Positions 55,121 through 63,600 of a stretch of 64,000 nucleotides of DNA are shown here, piece by piece (within the stretch, counting starts at the first letter, position 1; each line of letters opens with the position of its first letter). Where the stretch lies: positions 1 to 64,000 of IMG/VR virus record IMGVR_UViG_3300035521_000126. One strand, 5' to 3'. Under the pieces are notes generated by a model. It did no database searches and was not told the DNA's origin. It saw only the letters and a program-made list of their open reading frames with translations. A program made the translations under genes and the position numbers. The stretch is from an uncultured virus (IMG/VR IMGVR_UViG_3300035521_000126) (taxonomy: Duplodnaviria > Heunggongvirae > Uroviricota > Caudoviricetes).

Positions 55121-57103
55121 TCAATACGGACAATGCTCTGTCATCTGTTCATAAGAAAGCAATCTGTCACCAATGATTTTGCCACCATTTGCGAACGTAA
55201 TACCGTCATAATTGATACTTCTATCATCCCAAGAATACCGTCGCATTTTGGCGATATTGTTATCAAATAGCCTACGAGTTGCCCTGTCATAATACAGGCC
55301 AACAGTAGCACCCTTTGTGCCGAGTGTTCTATCCTTAAAAACCATTAACTGGCGGTCAAATCCATCGTCAACTAGCGGCTGCAATCTTGCTTTATCAAGG
55401 CCAAAAATTCTATCAGCCATATTTACAAATGAACTTGAACCCAAAATTGAATACTCGTTCAAGGTTTCTCCAACAGCAAGCTTTCTAGGATGGGCAACAA
55501 TATGAACCTCTACCTGATTTTTCTTACAGAAATGAATCAGCTTATTAATGAAATCAACTTGTTTACCAGTAATTTCTTCGTTTGTCTGACCTTTGAAGTT
55601 CATGCACATCCAGTTATCAATAACAAAAACTTTTGCTCCACGCTTACGGTATGTATATTCCATTGTGTCAAAAACATCATCTGCGCTGGATAAAAGCAGA
55701 TTATCGTATACAAAGACTCTATTTCGATAATATTCTTTTATAGCCTGAATTGCTTGCGGAGTAACTTTATAATAATTAAATCCATTAGGAGAGGTGTATT
55801 CAATTGTATGGTATCGACCAGCAGCCTGTGAAATAATCCAATTCAACATCTGAGCACAACTAAGTTCTGCGTTAAACCAATAAACCTTTTCTCCACGGTC
55901 AATGGCTTCAAGAACACAAGATTGTGAAAGAATAGTAGATTTACCAACGCCAGTCAATGCCGTCCAGATATTTAATGTGCCGTCAACAAATCCATAAATT
56001 TCTCTATCAAAAGAACTAATTCCAGAGGGAATATAACCAGTTTTTTCAATATCAAATTCTTCTGCGTCCATCAGGTCAACAATGTTTTCCAAAGGAATCT
56101 CTTCTGCGTTGTTAATCATTGCAAGAACTCGGCTTGCGCCGCATCCTAATAAGCAATTATTAGCATCGGTTTTACGGATAACCGATTCTGTAAATTGATG
56201 GTAATATTTTTCAACAGCGTCTTCGTCTTCGCTCAAAGGCTTAACAATTTTACAACGATATTCTCCAAGGCGCGGAAGAACCTTTTTCGTGCCAGCATCA
56301 CCAGCATTGTCGTTGTCAAACCAAAGAGTAATTTCTTCAAACTGTTCTAACCAAGAATAATTAAATCTAATCCAGTTATCATCATCAGCACCGCCGGGAA
56401 TAGATACGACATTGGTATATCCTGCTTCAATACAAGCTAAACAGTCATTATAACCCTCAACGATAAGTAGTGGTTTTGTCACGTCAACTTTGTCCATATT
56501 ATAAAGAGAATGACAAGAACTCGCATTTTTCTGCCAGAACATCTTTGGTTCATCTGCCCTTAACGCATGAGACGGACGATATTTAACGCCAATAATTTTG
56601 CCATCTAAATCACGAAGTTGATAAGCGACATTATTATAAGCATCCATTCGGAGGTCTACATACTGCATAGTTTTTTCCGAAATACCACGCTTTATCATAT
56701 AAGCCTTGGCAGTACCATCAATCTTTCTAATTTCTTCTTTAGGATAAACATAATTTTTAAGCCAATTATCCTTATCATCATCTTTGGGATTAAATAATTT
56801 AGGATTATACTCAATCTTTGCTAAATCAAGCATTCTGCGAACCGCTTTCATATACGATTCGTCGTTTTTAATCATGAAGTAATCAATAAGTCCAAATGTC
56901 TTTCCAGTAGAGAAATCCTTAAAATAATACTCCTTTTTATTCCACATCATAGATGGGGTATTATCATTTACATTAAAAATAGACTTCGCACTACCTTTTT
57001 CTGGACTCCAATTCTCAAGAGGATAGCCAGTGGCAATTATCTCAGCGGCAGTATCACCGAGAACTTCTTTTGCTTCTTTAATTTTGTCAAAAAGTTCACT
57101 CAC
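55121..57103 (-). CDS. DNA primase-helicase (TOPRIM plus SF4 helicase)
   Basis: IVEGYND and FDNDNAG (TOPRIM); TALTGVGKST; VIDN; VAHPRK. Confidence 0.9.
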   Translation of the reverse strand: MSELFDKIKEAKEVLGDTAAEIIATGYPLENWSPEKGSAKSIFNVNDNTPSMMWNKKEYYFKDFSTGKTFGLIDYFMIKNDESYMKAVRRMLDLAKIEYNPKLFNPKDDDKDNWLKNYVYPKEEIRKIDGTAKAYMIKRGISEKTMQYVDLRMDAYNNVAYQLRDLDGKIIGVKYRPSHALRADEPKMFWQKNASSCHSLYNMDKVDVTKPLLIVEGYNDCLACIEAGYTNVVSIPGGADDDNWIRFNYSWLEQFEEITLWFDNDNAGDAGTKKVLPRLGEYRCKIVKPLSEDEDAVEKYYHQFTESVIRKTDANNCLLGCGASRVLAMINNAEEIPLENIVDLMDAEEFDIEKTGYIPSGISSFDREIYGFVDGTLNIWTALTGVGKSTILSQSCVLEAIDRGEKVYWFNAELSCAQMLNWIISQAAGRYHTIEYTSPNGFNYYKVTPQAIQAIKEYYRNRVFVYDNLLLSSADDVFDTMEYTYRKRGAKVFVIDNWMCMNFKGQTNEEITGKQVDFINKLIHFCKKNQVEVHIVAHPRKLAVGETLNEYSILGSSSFVNMADRIFGLDKARLQPLVDDGFDRQLMVFKDRTLGTKGATVGLYYDRATRRLFDNNIAKMRRYSWDDRSINYDGITFANGGKIIGDRLLSYEQMTEHCPY

Positions 57104-57104
57104 T

Positions 57105-57779
57105 TTATATACCCCTTAATCTATTATTAGCTGTATTAAAATACTCTTCGTTAATCTCACAACCTATAAACTCTCTATTTAATTCTATTGCTGCAACTCC
57201 TGTGCTACCAGAACCCATAAATGGGTCAAATACAATTTCTCCTTCATTACTACTATTAATAATAAAGTTCTTCAAAATAAATACGGGTTTACAGGTTGGA
57301 TGATTAAACTGATGCTTGTCTTTTACATTTAATTTAGTAATATAATACGTGGATTTAGTTGTATAATTACCATAAATTCTAACTCCACGTTCTCTGAAAA
57401 ATAAGATAAACTCTTTATCTGTAATATATTTATTTCCACAATTGGGGATTGGGTTGCTTTTAATCCAATCAATTATATTCCAATTACAACCCTTTTCTTT
57501 TACAAAATAATCAAGTAATGGAATAATTTGTTTTTGACTACAAAATATATAACAGTTTATTTTCTTCATTACCCTGCACATTTCATCCAAGGTTTCACGA
57601 GAGAATCCATTTTTCATTTTAATAAGCTCTTTTACATAACGCTTATCAGATTTTTTATACATTCCTCTGCCGTCTGTATAAATTTCGTATGGAGGGTCTG
57701 TGACAATTAAATCAATGCAATTATCAGGAAGATTTTTCATATATTCTAAACAATCATTATTATATATTTTAAACCCCAT
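57105..57779 (-). CDS. N4/N6 DNA methyltransferase (beta class)
   Basis: TDPPY, HPTCKP, FDPFMGSGSTG. Confidence 0.9.
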   Translation of the reverse strand: MGFKIYNNDCLEYMKNLPDNCIDLIVTDPPYEIYTDGRGMYKKSDKRYVKELIKMKNGFSRETLDEMCRVMKKINCYIFCSQKQIIPLLDYFVKEKGCNWNIIDWIKSNPIPNCGNKYITDKEFILFFRERGVRIYGNYTTKSTYYITKLNVKDKHQFNHPTCKPVFILKNFIINSSNEGEIVFDPFMGSGSTGVAAIELNREFIGCEINEEYFNTANNRLRGI

Positions 57780-57788
57780 AATTGCTCC

Positions 57789-58556
57789 TTAATCTTGACA
57801 TTTATATTTACAACTGTGTCTTATACCACAGAAATTATAACAAAACCAATCAAATTGATTATTATTTTCTTCTAAGATTGGAGCAAACACAAACTCTGAT
57901 TGAATTGTATTTATTCTATCTTCTGCCCAATCCATAACTTCATTTAACCTATCTAGGTCAAAATCAACCCAAGTCCATTTATTTATTCTAAACATAAAGA
58001 ACGCCATTTTCTTAGGATATTCGCCATAGAGTTGTTTTACTGCATACGCATAAAAGTATAACTGCTTTTCATACTCTAAACGTTCAGCCTTAGACTTCCA
58101 ATTTCCTTTGCTTTTATAATCCACAACAATTAGTCCGTCTTGGTCTTTATATTTAGCTATCAAGTCAATACGTCCATTAATTCTGAATTTATTCTCATAC
58201 ACTAAATCAAAATCTTGTTCCGCATCGACAACATCAAAATCAAATCCTTCAAAATTCTGAAAAAATTCTAATCCTTTATTATAGTAATTTTCTGAGAAAT
58301 CTTTGTAAAAATTTTCTGTCATATACATAGTAAAATCAGAAGAAATGTTTTCCCAATAATGGTCTATGTAATAATCTAATAATTCAGAAAGTTGAAGTTC
58401 CCCTTTGTTCCATTTTTCAAGAATCATATGAACGTAAGTACCGAATTCACTTGTTCCATGACTTTCTTCTGGCAAAGTTTTGTCATAATAGTGCATATAA
58501 TAATAATACTTACAATTTCCAAATGACTTTAATTTAGAAAATGAATATGTTTCCAA
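57789..58556 (-). CDS. PD-(D/E)xK exonuclease (RecB/Cas4-like)
   Basis: SFSKL...C, GTYVH, GRIDL, VDYKS, QLYFY and a C-terminal Cys cluster. Confidence 0.85.
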   Translation of the reverse strand: METYSFSKLKSFGNCKYYYYMHYYDKTLPEESHGTSEFGTYVHMILEKWNKGELQLSELLDYYIDHYWENISSDFTMYMTENFYKDFSENYYNKGLEFFQNFEGFDFDVVDAEQDFDLVYENKFRINGRIDLIAKYKDQDGLIVVDYKSKGNWKSKAERLEYEKQLYFYAYAVKQLYGEYPKKMAFFMFRINKWTWVDFDLDRLNEVMDWAEDRINTIQSEFVFAPILEENNNQFDWFCYNFCGIRHSCKYKCQD

Positions 58557-58566
58557 ATAACCACCG

Positions 58567-59319
58567 TCAATTCTCTAACTCTTTCAACCTATTTTTTGCG
58601 ATATTAAAGTATTCTTCATCTAATTCCATACCGATAAAATTTCTATTAGTATTTAAACAAGCAACTCCTGTACTTCCACTTCCCATACAGTTGTCCAAAA
58701 CAACATCCCCCTCATTAGAATATGTCTTAATTAAATATTCTAATAAGGCAACTGGTTTCTGTGTTGGATGCAATTTTTCTTTATCTAAATTGAATTTTTG
58801 AATAGAACGAGGGTATCTAACTCCTTCATTTACGGTAATAACTTGTTCAATTTTAGAACGGACTACACTATTTCCTGTGTCCATTTTTTGCTTGCCACTT
58901 TTTTGCGTGTAAGACTCCCCAACTTCCATTTGTGGATTGTATATCATATTTCCTTTTTTAGAATATGAAGTAGCCATTTTACCAAATATCATAATATCTT
59001 CATGTACTTTTGCTGGTTGATACTTAAAATTCAAAAAATTCGCCCCACTTGGTTTTTCCCATTTCCAATCGTATTTGTACATCTTAATATTGCTAATTCT
59101 AAGATAAGAAGAAAATGGTTCACAACCGAACAATACAATGGCTCTATCATCTTTGATAATACGGTTATATTGTTCCCATAATTTGTCAAATGGAATAACA
59201 ACATCCCATTTACAGGCGCTTGTACCATATGGCAAATCACATAAAATCATATCAATGGACTTATCTGGAATATTTTTCATTAATTCAAGGCAATCACCAT
59301 TATAAATTTTATAACTCAT
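58567..59319 (-). CDS. N4/N6 DNA methyltransferase (beta class)
   Basis: DLPY, HPTQKP, VLDNCMGSGSTG; AGGAG RBS before ATG 59319. Confidence 0.9.
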   Translation of the reverse strand: MSYKIYNGDCLELMKNIPDKSIDMILCDLPYGTSACKWDVVIPFDKLWEQYNRIIKDDRAIVLFGCEPFSSYLRISNIKMYKYDWKWEKPSGANFLNFKYQPAKVHEDIMIFGKMATSYSKKGNMIYNPQMEVGESYTQKSGKQKMDTGNSVVRSKIEQVITVNEGVRYPRSIQKFNLDKEKLHPTQKPVALLEYLIKTYSNEGDVVLDNCMGSGSTGVACLNTNRNFIGMELDEEYFNIAKNRLKELEN

Positions 59320-59331
59320 ACTGTCTCCTAA

Positions 59332-59364
59332 TAAAAATAAAGGGCTGGGCGTTACCGCCCGCCC
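59332..59364 (-). terminator. Rho-independent terminator after ssb
   Basis: GGGCGGGCG-GTAA-CGCCCAGCCC followed by a U-rich tract on the minus strand. Confidence 0.6.
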
Positions 59365-59401
59365 CAATTAGCTTAAAGCATTATAAGCTATATTTTGTTC
59401 C

Positions 59402-59836
59402 TTAGAACGGAAGGTCGGAAGCGTTGTCAACAGGTGCATGAGTGCTATTCGTATAAGTACGAGCAGCAGGAGCAGAAGTGACAGTAGAACCGTCAGCAGC
59501 TCTCGGCTCAACAAACTCCGCATTGTCAACAACAACCACAACATCACGCAGCTTTGCAGGAACACCATTGGAATCGACGAACTTCTTACTGTCGAATTCA
59601 TTCACCTGTAAATGACCTTGAATTGCAACGCGATTGCCCTTATGAAAATACTTCGCAAGAAACTCAGCAGTAGCACCAAATGCAGTAAAGTTCACCCAGT
59701 CAGTGACGGTATTATCGCTATTGCGACTGCGACGGTCATGCGCCAGAGAAAAACTTGCGACAGAAGTTTCACCAGCAGTACGCAGTTCAATATCATTGCC
59801 GAGACGGCCAATAAAAGTTACATTATTACTAATCAT
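59402..59836 (-). CDS. ssb: Single-stranded DNA-binding protein
   Basis: NNVTFIGRL, FSLA, KG..VAIQG.L and C-terminal DLPF. Confidence 0.92.
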   Translation of the reverse strand: MISNNVTFIGRLGNDIELRTAGETSVASFSLAHDRRSRNSDNTVTDWVNFTAFGATAEFLAKYFHKGNRVAIQGHLQVNEFDSKKFVDSNGVPAKLRDVVVVVDNAEFVEPRAADGSTVTSAPAARTYTNSTHAPVDNASDLPF

Positions 59837-59855
59837 ATTTTAATCTCCTAATCAA

Positions 59856-60896
59856 TTACTCAGCGAGTGAATTAAACTCGTTATAGATAGCTGTAAGAAC
59901 GTCCATGTCCTTAATCTCGCGGATATTAGGTGTTCCATCAGGATTCAAACTACGAACGATATTTGCAGCCTGTACACCGCTAACCTTGCCGCCCTTTACA
60001 AGAGCATTTCCAAGAGAAGCAACCTGTTCTGCGAAATCAGCAATTTCAACAGCAGATGCAACATTACTGGTTTTTGGAGCTTCACTTGCAGCGGTCATAA
60101 TAGGAGCTTCTGTTTTCTTCTCAACAGCACCACCAGCCAACCAGTTAGCAAGTTCGATACCGAGTTGCGGAGTAATTAAGAAATATTTATTATTATTCTT
60201 TGAATACTGTTCAATCACGCCAGAACGGTCTTTGGAAACCTCTGCCATATGATTAACATCCAAATCCAAGAACATAGACAGCTCATACTCAAATCCGTCA
60301 CGAATTTGAGGCGCTAGACCAACCTTACGAATGGTGGTATGCCCCTTTTCGTCCTTTTCCTGAACATATTCAGTCTTGGAACGAACAGTCACAATCATGT
60401 GCATATCAGTCTGCAAGATTGCATCAACAAACTTGTTCCACTGCGGAGTAATATCTCGCCATGAAGTATATCCATTACCAGTTCGCTTTGCGATATTACT
60501 TTGTTGCTCAAGCAACCCATTTTTGCCCATCCAAATATGCGAAGCACTATCCAGAACGCAAACCTCAATATCATTGTCCTTCGCAAGCTCAATAGCTTCA
60601 ATATACTTATCGGCAGTAAACGGAGGCTGGAGAGAAATCACATTATACTCTCCAATTTTAATTCTACTTTCAGGAACAGTCATACCCACATAAAGCTCGG
60701 CAGAACCGTTCTCGGTATCAATAACACAAATAGAACCCCAAATATCTTCTTCAGACCAATCAGGGTGTTCACCCTTTACAATGCCGTAAGCAAGAATAAG
60801 TGAACTCAAAGTTTTTCCACCGCCACTAGGAGCGGAAATGCCAATCTTCAACTTAACTCGCTTACGCTGGGCGCGCTTAAATTGTAATGAACCCAT
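59856..60896 (-). CDS. AAA_24/Sak4-like ATPase
   Basis: APSGGGKT, IDTENGS, LDSASH, FEYE motifs; next to ssb. Confidence 0.8.
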   Translation of the reverse strand: MGSLQFKRAQRKRVKLKIGISAPSGGGKTLSSLILAYGIVKGEHPDWSEEDIWGSICVIDTENGSAELYVGMTVPESRIKIGEYNVISLQPPFTADKYIEAIELAKDNDIEVCVLDSASHIWMGKNGLLEQQSNIAKRTGNGYTSWRDITPQWNKFVDAILQTDMHMIVTVRSKTEYVQEKDEKGHTTIRKVGLAPQIRDGFEYELSMFLDLDVNHMAEVSKDRSGVIEQYSKNNNKYFLITPQLGIELANWLAGGAVEKKTEAPIMTAASEAPKTSNVASAVEIADFAEQVASLGNALVKGGKVSGVQAANIVRSLNPDGTPNIREIKDMDVLTAIYNEFNSLAE

Positions 60897-60957
60897 AATT
60901 TTCTCCTTTGCTAGTTATTATATTTTACAATCACATAAAATATTATAAACTTTGGAA

Positions 60958-61281
60958 TTACTTGAACAGACTTGCAACGTGGTCATTGTACTCCTGTTCC
61001 ATTTCTGCAATCCGCTGATTATGCAGAGCGACAAGATTCTCTTCAGCCTCTTTCTGGTTTTCACACCATGCAATCAGCTTATTTAGAGAACTAATTGCAG
61101 CCTTGTGGGAATCTCGCTTCGCCATCTTTTCGCGAATCTTGTACTTCCGAGTAGCAAGGTCAATACCTACGTTCTCGTCAAAGTTGTCCTCATTGCAAAC
61201 TGCAATTGCCTTAATCTTACGGCCAGCAATAGAGCCAGTAGCAATAACACGATTGTTGTCCTTCAAAACCTTAATACGCAT
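60958..61281 (-). CDS. Hypothetical protein
   Basis: 107-aa ORF under its own promoter. Confidence 0.7.
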   Translation of the reverse strand: MRIKVLKDNNRVIATGSIAGRKIKAIAVCNEDNFDENVGIDLATRKYKIREKMAKRDSHKAAISSLNKLIAWCENQKEAEENLVALHNQRIAEMEQEYNDHVASLFK

Positions 61282-61333
61282 AATCTAATACCTCTCTTTA
61301 AATTTATTTTGTATTTGGATTTCTTACAGTGTC

Positions 61334-61362
61334 ATTATACCACAATTTTTTCTGTTTGTCAA
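61334..61362 (-). promoter_or_regulatory. Consensus sigma-70/sigma-A promoter
   Basis: TTGACA-N17-TATAAT with extended -10 TG. Confidence 0.8.
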
Positions 61363-61395
61363 GTAAAATTTTCAAATTTCTAAAAATATTTTTGA

Positions 61396-62001
61396 CTATA
61401 TTCGGCTACGCCGACATTCTAGTTTAAATTCGATTGCCATTTTTTCCAAAACGCTTTCGACAGCTTTAAAAATTCCATTCTCTGAAAAATGAACTTCGTA
61501 TTTATCAGAGAGACTAATAATTTCCTTTGTTGCATTGTCATACGATAATCCAGCATTCTTGCGTTTCTTTACGTTGCCCTCTCCCATAGCATATATGTAA
61601 ATCATGTCATTTTTATTACTTGATTTACTTTTGGCGTATTTCAGCATCATAATTCCAGCAAGAATATTTGTTTTAGGATTATAAAGTTCACTGGCACTTG
61701 TTAAAACTCCGTTCTTCTTTAAGAAATTAATTACGTCAGAAGAAGTCGAAATTTGCATTAGGCCAACGTATTTAGTACCAACATTGTCTTTAAATCTTGA
61801 TTCGTGATAAATAATAGCGATAACAACAGAATACGGAATATCATGTTCTTCGCATAAATTATTTGTATAAGTAATAAGTTCATTATCCCATTGCTCATAC
61901 AATTCTAAATAATCATCTAAGTTGGATTGTGCATATGCACACGGCAATAATGCACTAATTAAAATAATAAATGAAATAAAAATGCAAACAATTTTTTTCA
62001 T
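61396..62001 (-). CDS. Secreted lytic transglycosylase (SLT-like)
   Basis: Signal peptide; AIIYHES, GLMQI, NILAG. Ends at TAG; read-through would add only 8 aa. Confidence 0.8.
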   Translation of the reverse strand: MKKIVCIFISFIILISALLPCAYAQSNLDDYLELYEQWDNELITYTNNLCEEHDIPYSVVIAIIYHESRFKDNVGTKYVGLMQISTSSDVINFLKKNGVLTSASELYNPKTNILAGIMMLKYAKSKSSNKNDMIYIYAMGEGNVKKRKNAGLSYDNATKEIISLSDKYEVHFSENGIFKAVESVLEKMAIEFKLECRRSRI

Positions 62002-62119
62002 GCTAACACCTCATAATCGGTGTTGGTACTAAATCCTTGTCTGTAATGGGACTTTCACCCACATATACTAAGTGAAATCAATTTTGTATATTAATTTCCA
62101 GTATTTAGACAAAAAATAA

Positions 62120-62160
62120 TGCCGTCTTTCCGGCTGTCAACACATCTTTTTAGAAGTGTT
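62120..62160 (-). ncRNA. Possible C4-antisense-like structured RNA
   Basis: Hairpin AACAC...GTGTT, then GACA-GCCG-GAAAGA-CGGC; family assignment from memory only. Confidence 0.35.
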
Positions 62161-62205
62161 TTGTAAATTAACAATTATACATGAATATAACTGTAATTAG
62201 CTAAA

Positions 62206-62421
62206 TCAAAAAACTTTGTCGATTGTCTTACCCTCATTGTTTAACAGGTAAGCCTTATCATGGATTGCGAGTACAATGCCCTTATCTTCCCTCATATCAA
62301 CACAGATACACTCGGAATCCTTATCATAGTAGGTGGAACAATTATTCAGGCCGTCAATATAATTCCAACGGTCAAACGATTCACCATTCTTTTCAACTCT
62401 TGTCAAATACTTTAAAATCAT
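62206..62421 (-). CDS. Hypothetical protein
   Basis: 71 aa ending AYLLNNEGKTIDKVF. Confidence 0.65.
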   Translation of the reverse strand: MILKYLTRVEKNGESFDRWNYIDGLNNCSTYYDKDSECICVDMREDKGIVLAIHDKAYLLNNEGKTIDKVF

Positions 62422-62475
62422 TTTGCCCTCTCTCTTTCTATTAGAATTTGATTTAATGACTACATTTTGTAGTCA

Positions 62476-62562
62476 TGGTACGGCAGCTCGGAATCGAACC
62501 GAGAAAGGTGTAAACCATGACAGTTTAGAAGACTGTTCCTGTGTCCATTGAGGCACTACCGC
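62476..62562 (-). tRNA. tRNA with TCT anticodon (Arg), long variable arm, encoded CCA
   Basis: GCGGTAG/CTGCCGT acceptor; ACAGT-CTTCTAA-ACTGT anticodon arm; CTCGG-TTCGATT-CCGAG T arm; ACCA end; 87 nt. Confidence 0.8.
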
Positions 62563-62652
62563 ATATAAAAGTGGACGAAACCTTTTAACTCGTCCATTAA
62601 TAATAGTTTTAGAGGATGCACACCCAACATAATCTATTAGAATGTACACAAT

Positions 62653-62769
62653 TGGCACTTGGGGTTGGATTTGAACCAACAGTCTACGCCTTGATAATGG
62701 AAGACTTTCTTGCTGTTACCGCCTAATAGACAGCATTTTCGTCGCTTTAACCAATTAAGCTACCCAAGT
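62653..62769 (-). ncRNA. tRNA-like RNA (117 nt) with an expanded, non-canonical anticodon arm
   Basis: Perfect acceptor ACTTGGG/CCCAAGT-G-CCA; D arm GCTT/AAGC; T arm GTTGG-TTCAAAT-CCAAC; about 50 nt enclosed by ACG/CGT in place of the anticodon loop. Confidence 0.8.
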
Positions 62770-62778
62770 ATAATATTT

Positions 62779-62834
62779 AGACGCTATTTTCGTTTGAAAC
62801 CAAAAACAAACCAAAATAATTGCTGTAAGCGTCT
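62779..62834 (-). ncRNA. Small stem/large-loop RNA motif (skipping-rope-like)
   Basis: AGACGCT-TACAGCAA...GAAAAT-AGCGTCT; 7-bp terminal stem; family name from memory. Confidence 0.55.
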
Positions 62835-63036
62835 GTTTAAGATTCATAATGGTTTAATTTTAAATAACAATCCACGTTTTATGTAATAACATGGGGAAGA
62901 GAGCAACTACTTTGCAATCTTCTATGTAAAAAAGACTAAATTCAATTATTATAAATACACTATTAAATTTGCCTCACCACCCAAAAGACATCATTTATTA
63001 GTAATTATATAATGTTTGAATCGTCTTTCTATCTAT

Positions 63037-63065
63037 ATTATAGCACAAAATTTTAATTTTGTCAA
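63037..63065 (-). promoter_or_regulatory. Consensus promoter upstream of the ncRNA/tRNA cluster
   Basis: TTGACA-N17-TATAAT with extended -10 TG. Confidence 0.8.
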
Positions 63066-63094
63066 GTGTTTTTTTAAAAAATTCTAAAAAATTT

Positions 63095-63565
63095 TTAATC
63101 TTCCTGATGCCGAGGTTTTAAAACCATGATTTTATGAGTTTCAAAATACCTGTTAAACTCGTCTCCATTACATAAAGTCATGACCTCAGATAGCTTATCC
63201 TTCGTCGCTTTAAAAGCCTCTTCAGGTGTAAAAAATTCACTAACTGCATTTTCATTTTCATCTATATTACGAAGCATGAAATAAACAGGAGAACATTCCT
63301 CATTAAAATCACCGGTAATAGCACAAAACCAATTATTGCTTTCTTTCAAACGTTTAATTGAATATTCCAAATAACCGTCTTTATTAAAAATTGTTTCTTT
63401 TAAAATTCTAAGAAACAATTTCAGAAGATTACTTGTCTTATCCTCAATTTCGCCATAATAACCCGGCCATAACGGTTGAAAATAAAAATTTCCAACTTCA
63501 TCCATAAGAACATCTACTTCAAGGTCTTCGTAACCGTCATAGCATAAATTTCCGATAATTTGCAC
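63095..63565 (-). CDS. Hypothetical protein
   Basis: 156-aa ORF, GAGG RBS, GTG start. Confidence 0.6.
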   Translation of the reverse strand: MQIIGNLCYDGYEDLEVDVLMDEVGNFYFQPLWPGYYGEIEDKTSNLLKLFLRILKETIFNKDGYLEYSIKRLKESNNWFCAITGDFNEECSPVYFMLRNIDENENAVSEFFTPEEAFKATKDKLSEVMTLCNGDEFNRYFETHKIMVLKPRHQED

Positions 63566-63600
63566 TATTAATTACCTCAAATCAAATAATCCAACTCGAT

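Noticed and set aside
50864..57103. Inteins or introns in dnaE or primase-helicase
   Set aside because: Lengths are ordinary and I saw no intein splice motifs; the LAGLIDADG ORF is a separate gene with its own promoter.
57789..58556. CRISPR-associated cas4
   Set aside because: No array or other cas genes; the context (ssb, Sak4-like ATPase) indicates a phage recombination exonuclease.
62476..62562. Amber suppressor tRNA (CTA occurs in the loop CTTCTAA)
   Set aside because: The 5-bp stem ACAGT/ACTGT centres TCT, not CTA; placing CTA at 34-36 breaks the stem.
62473..62679. 68-aa ORF
   Set aside because: Overlaps two tRNA-shaped genes; no RBS or protein-like features.
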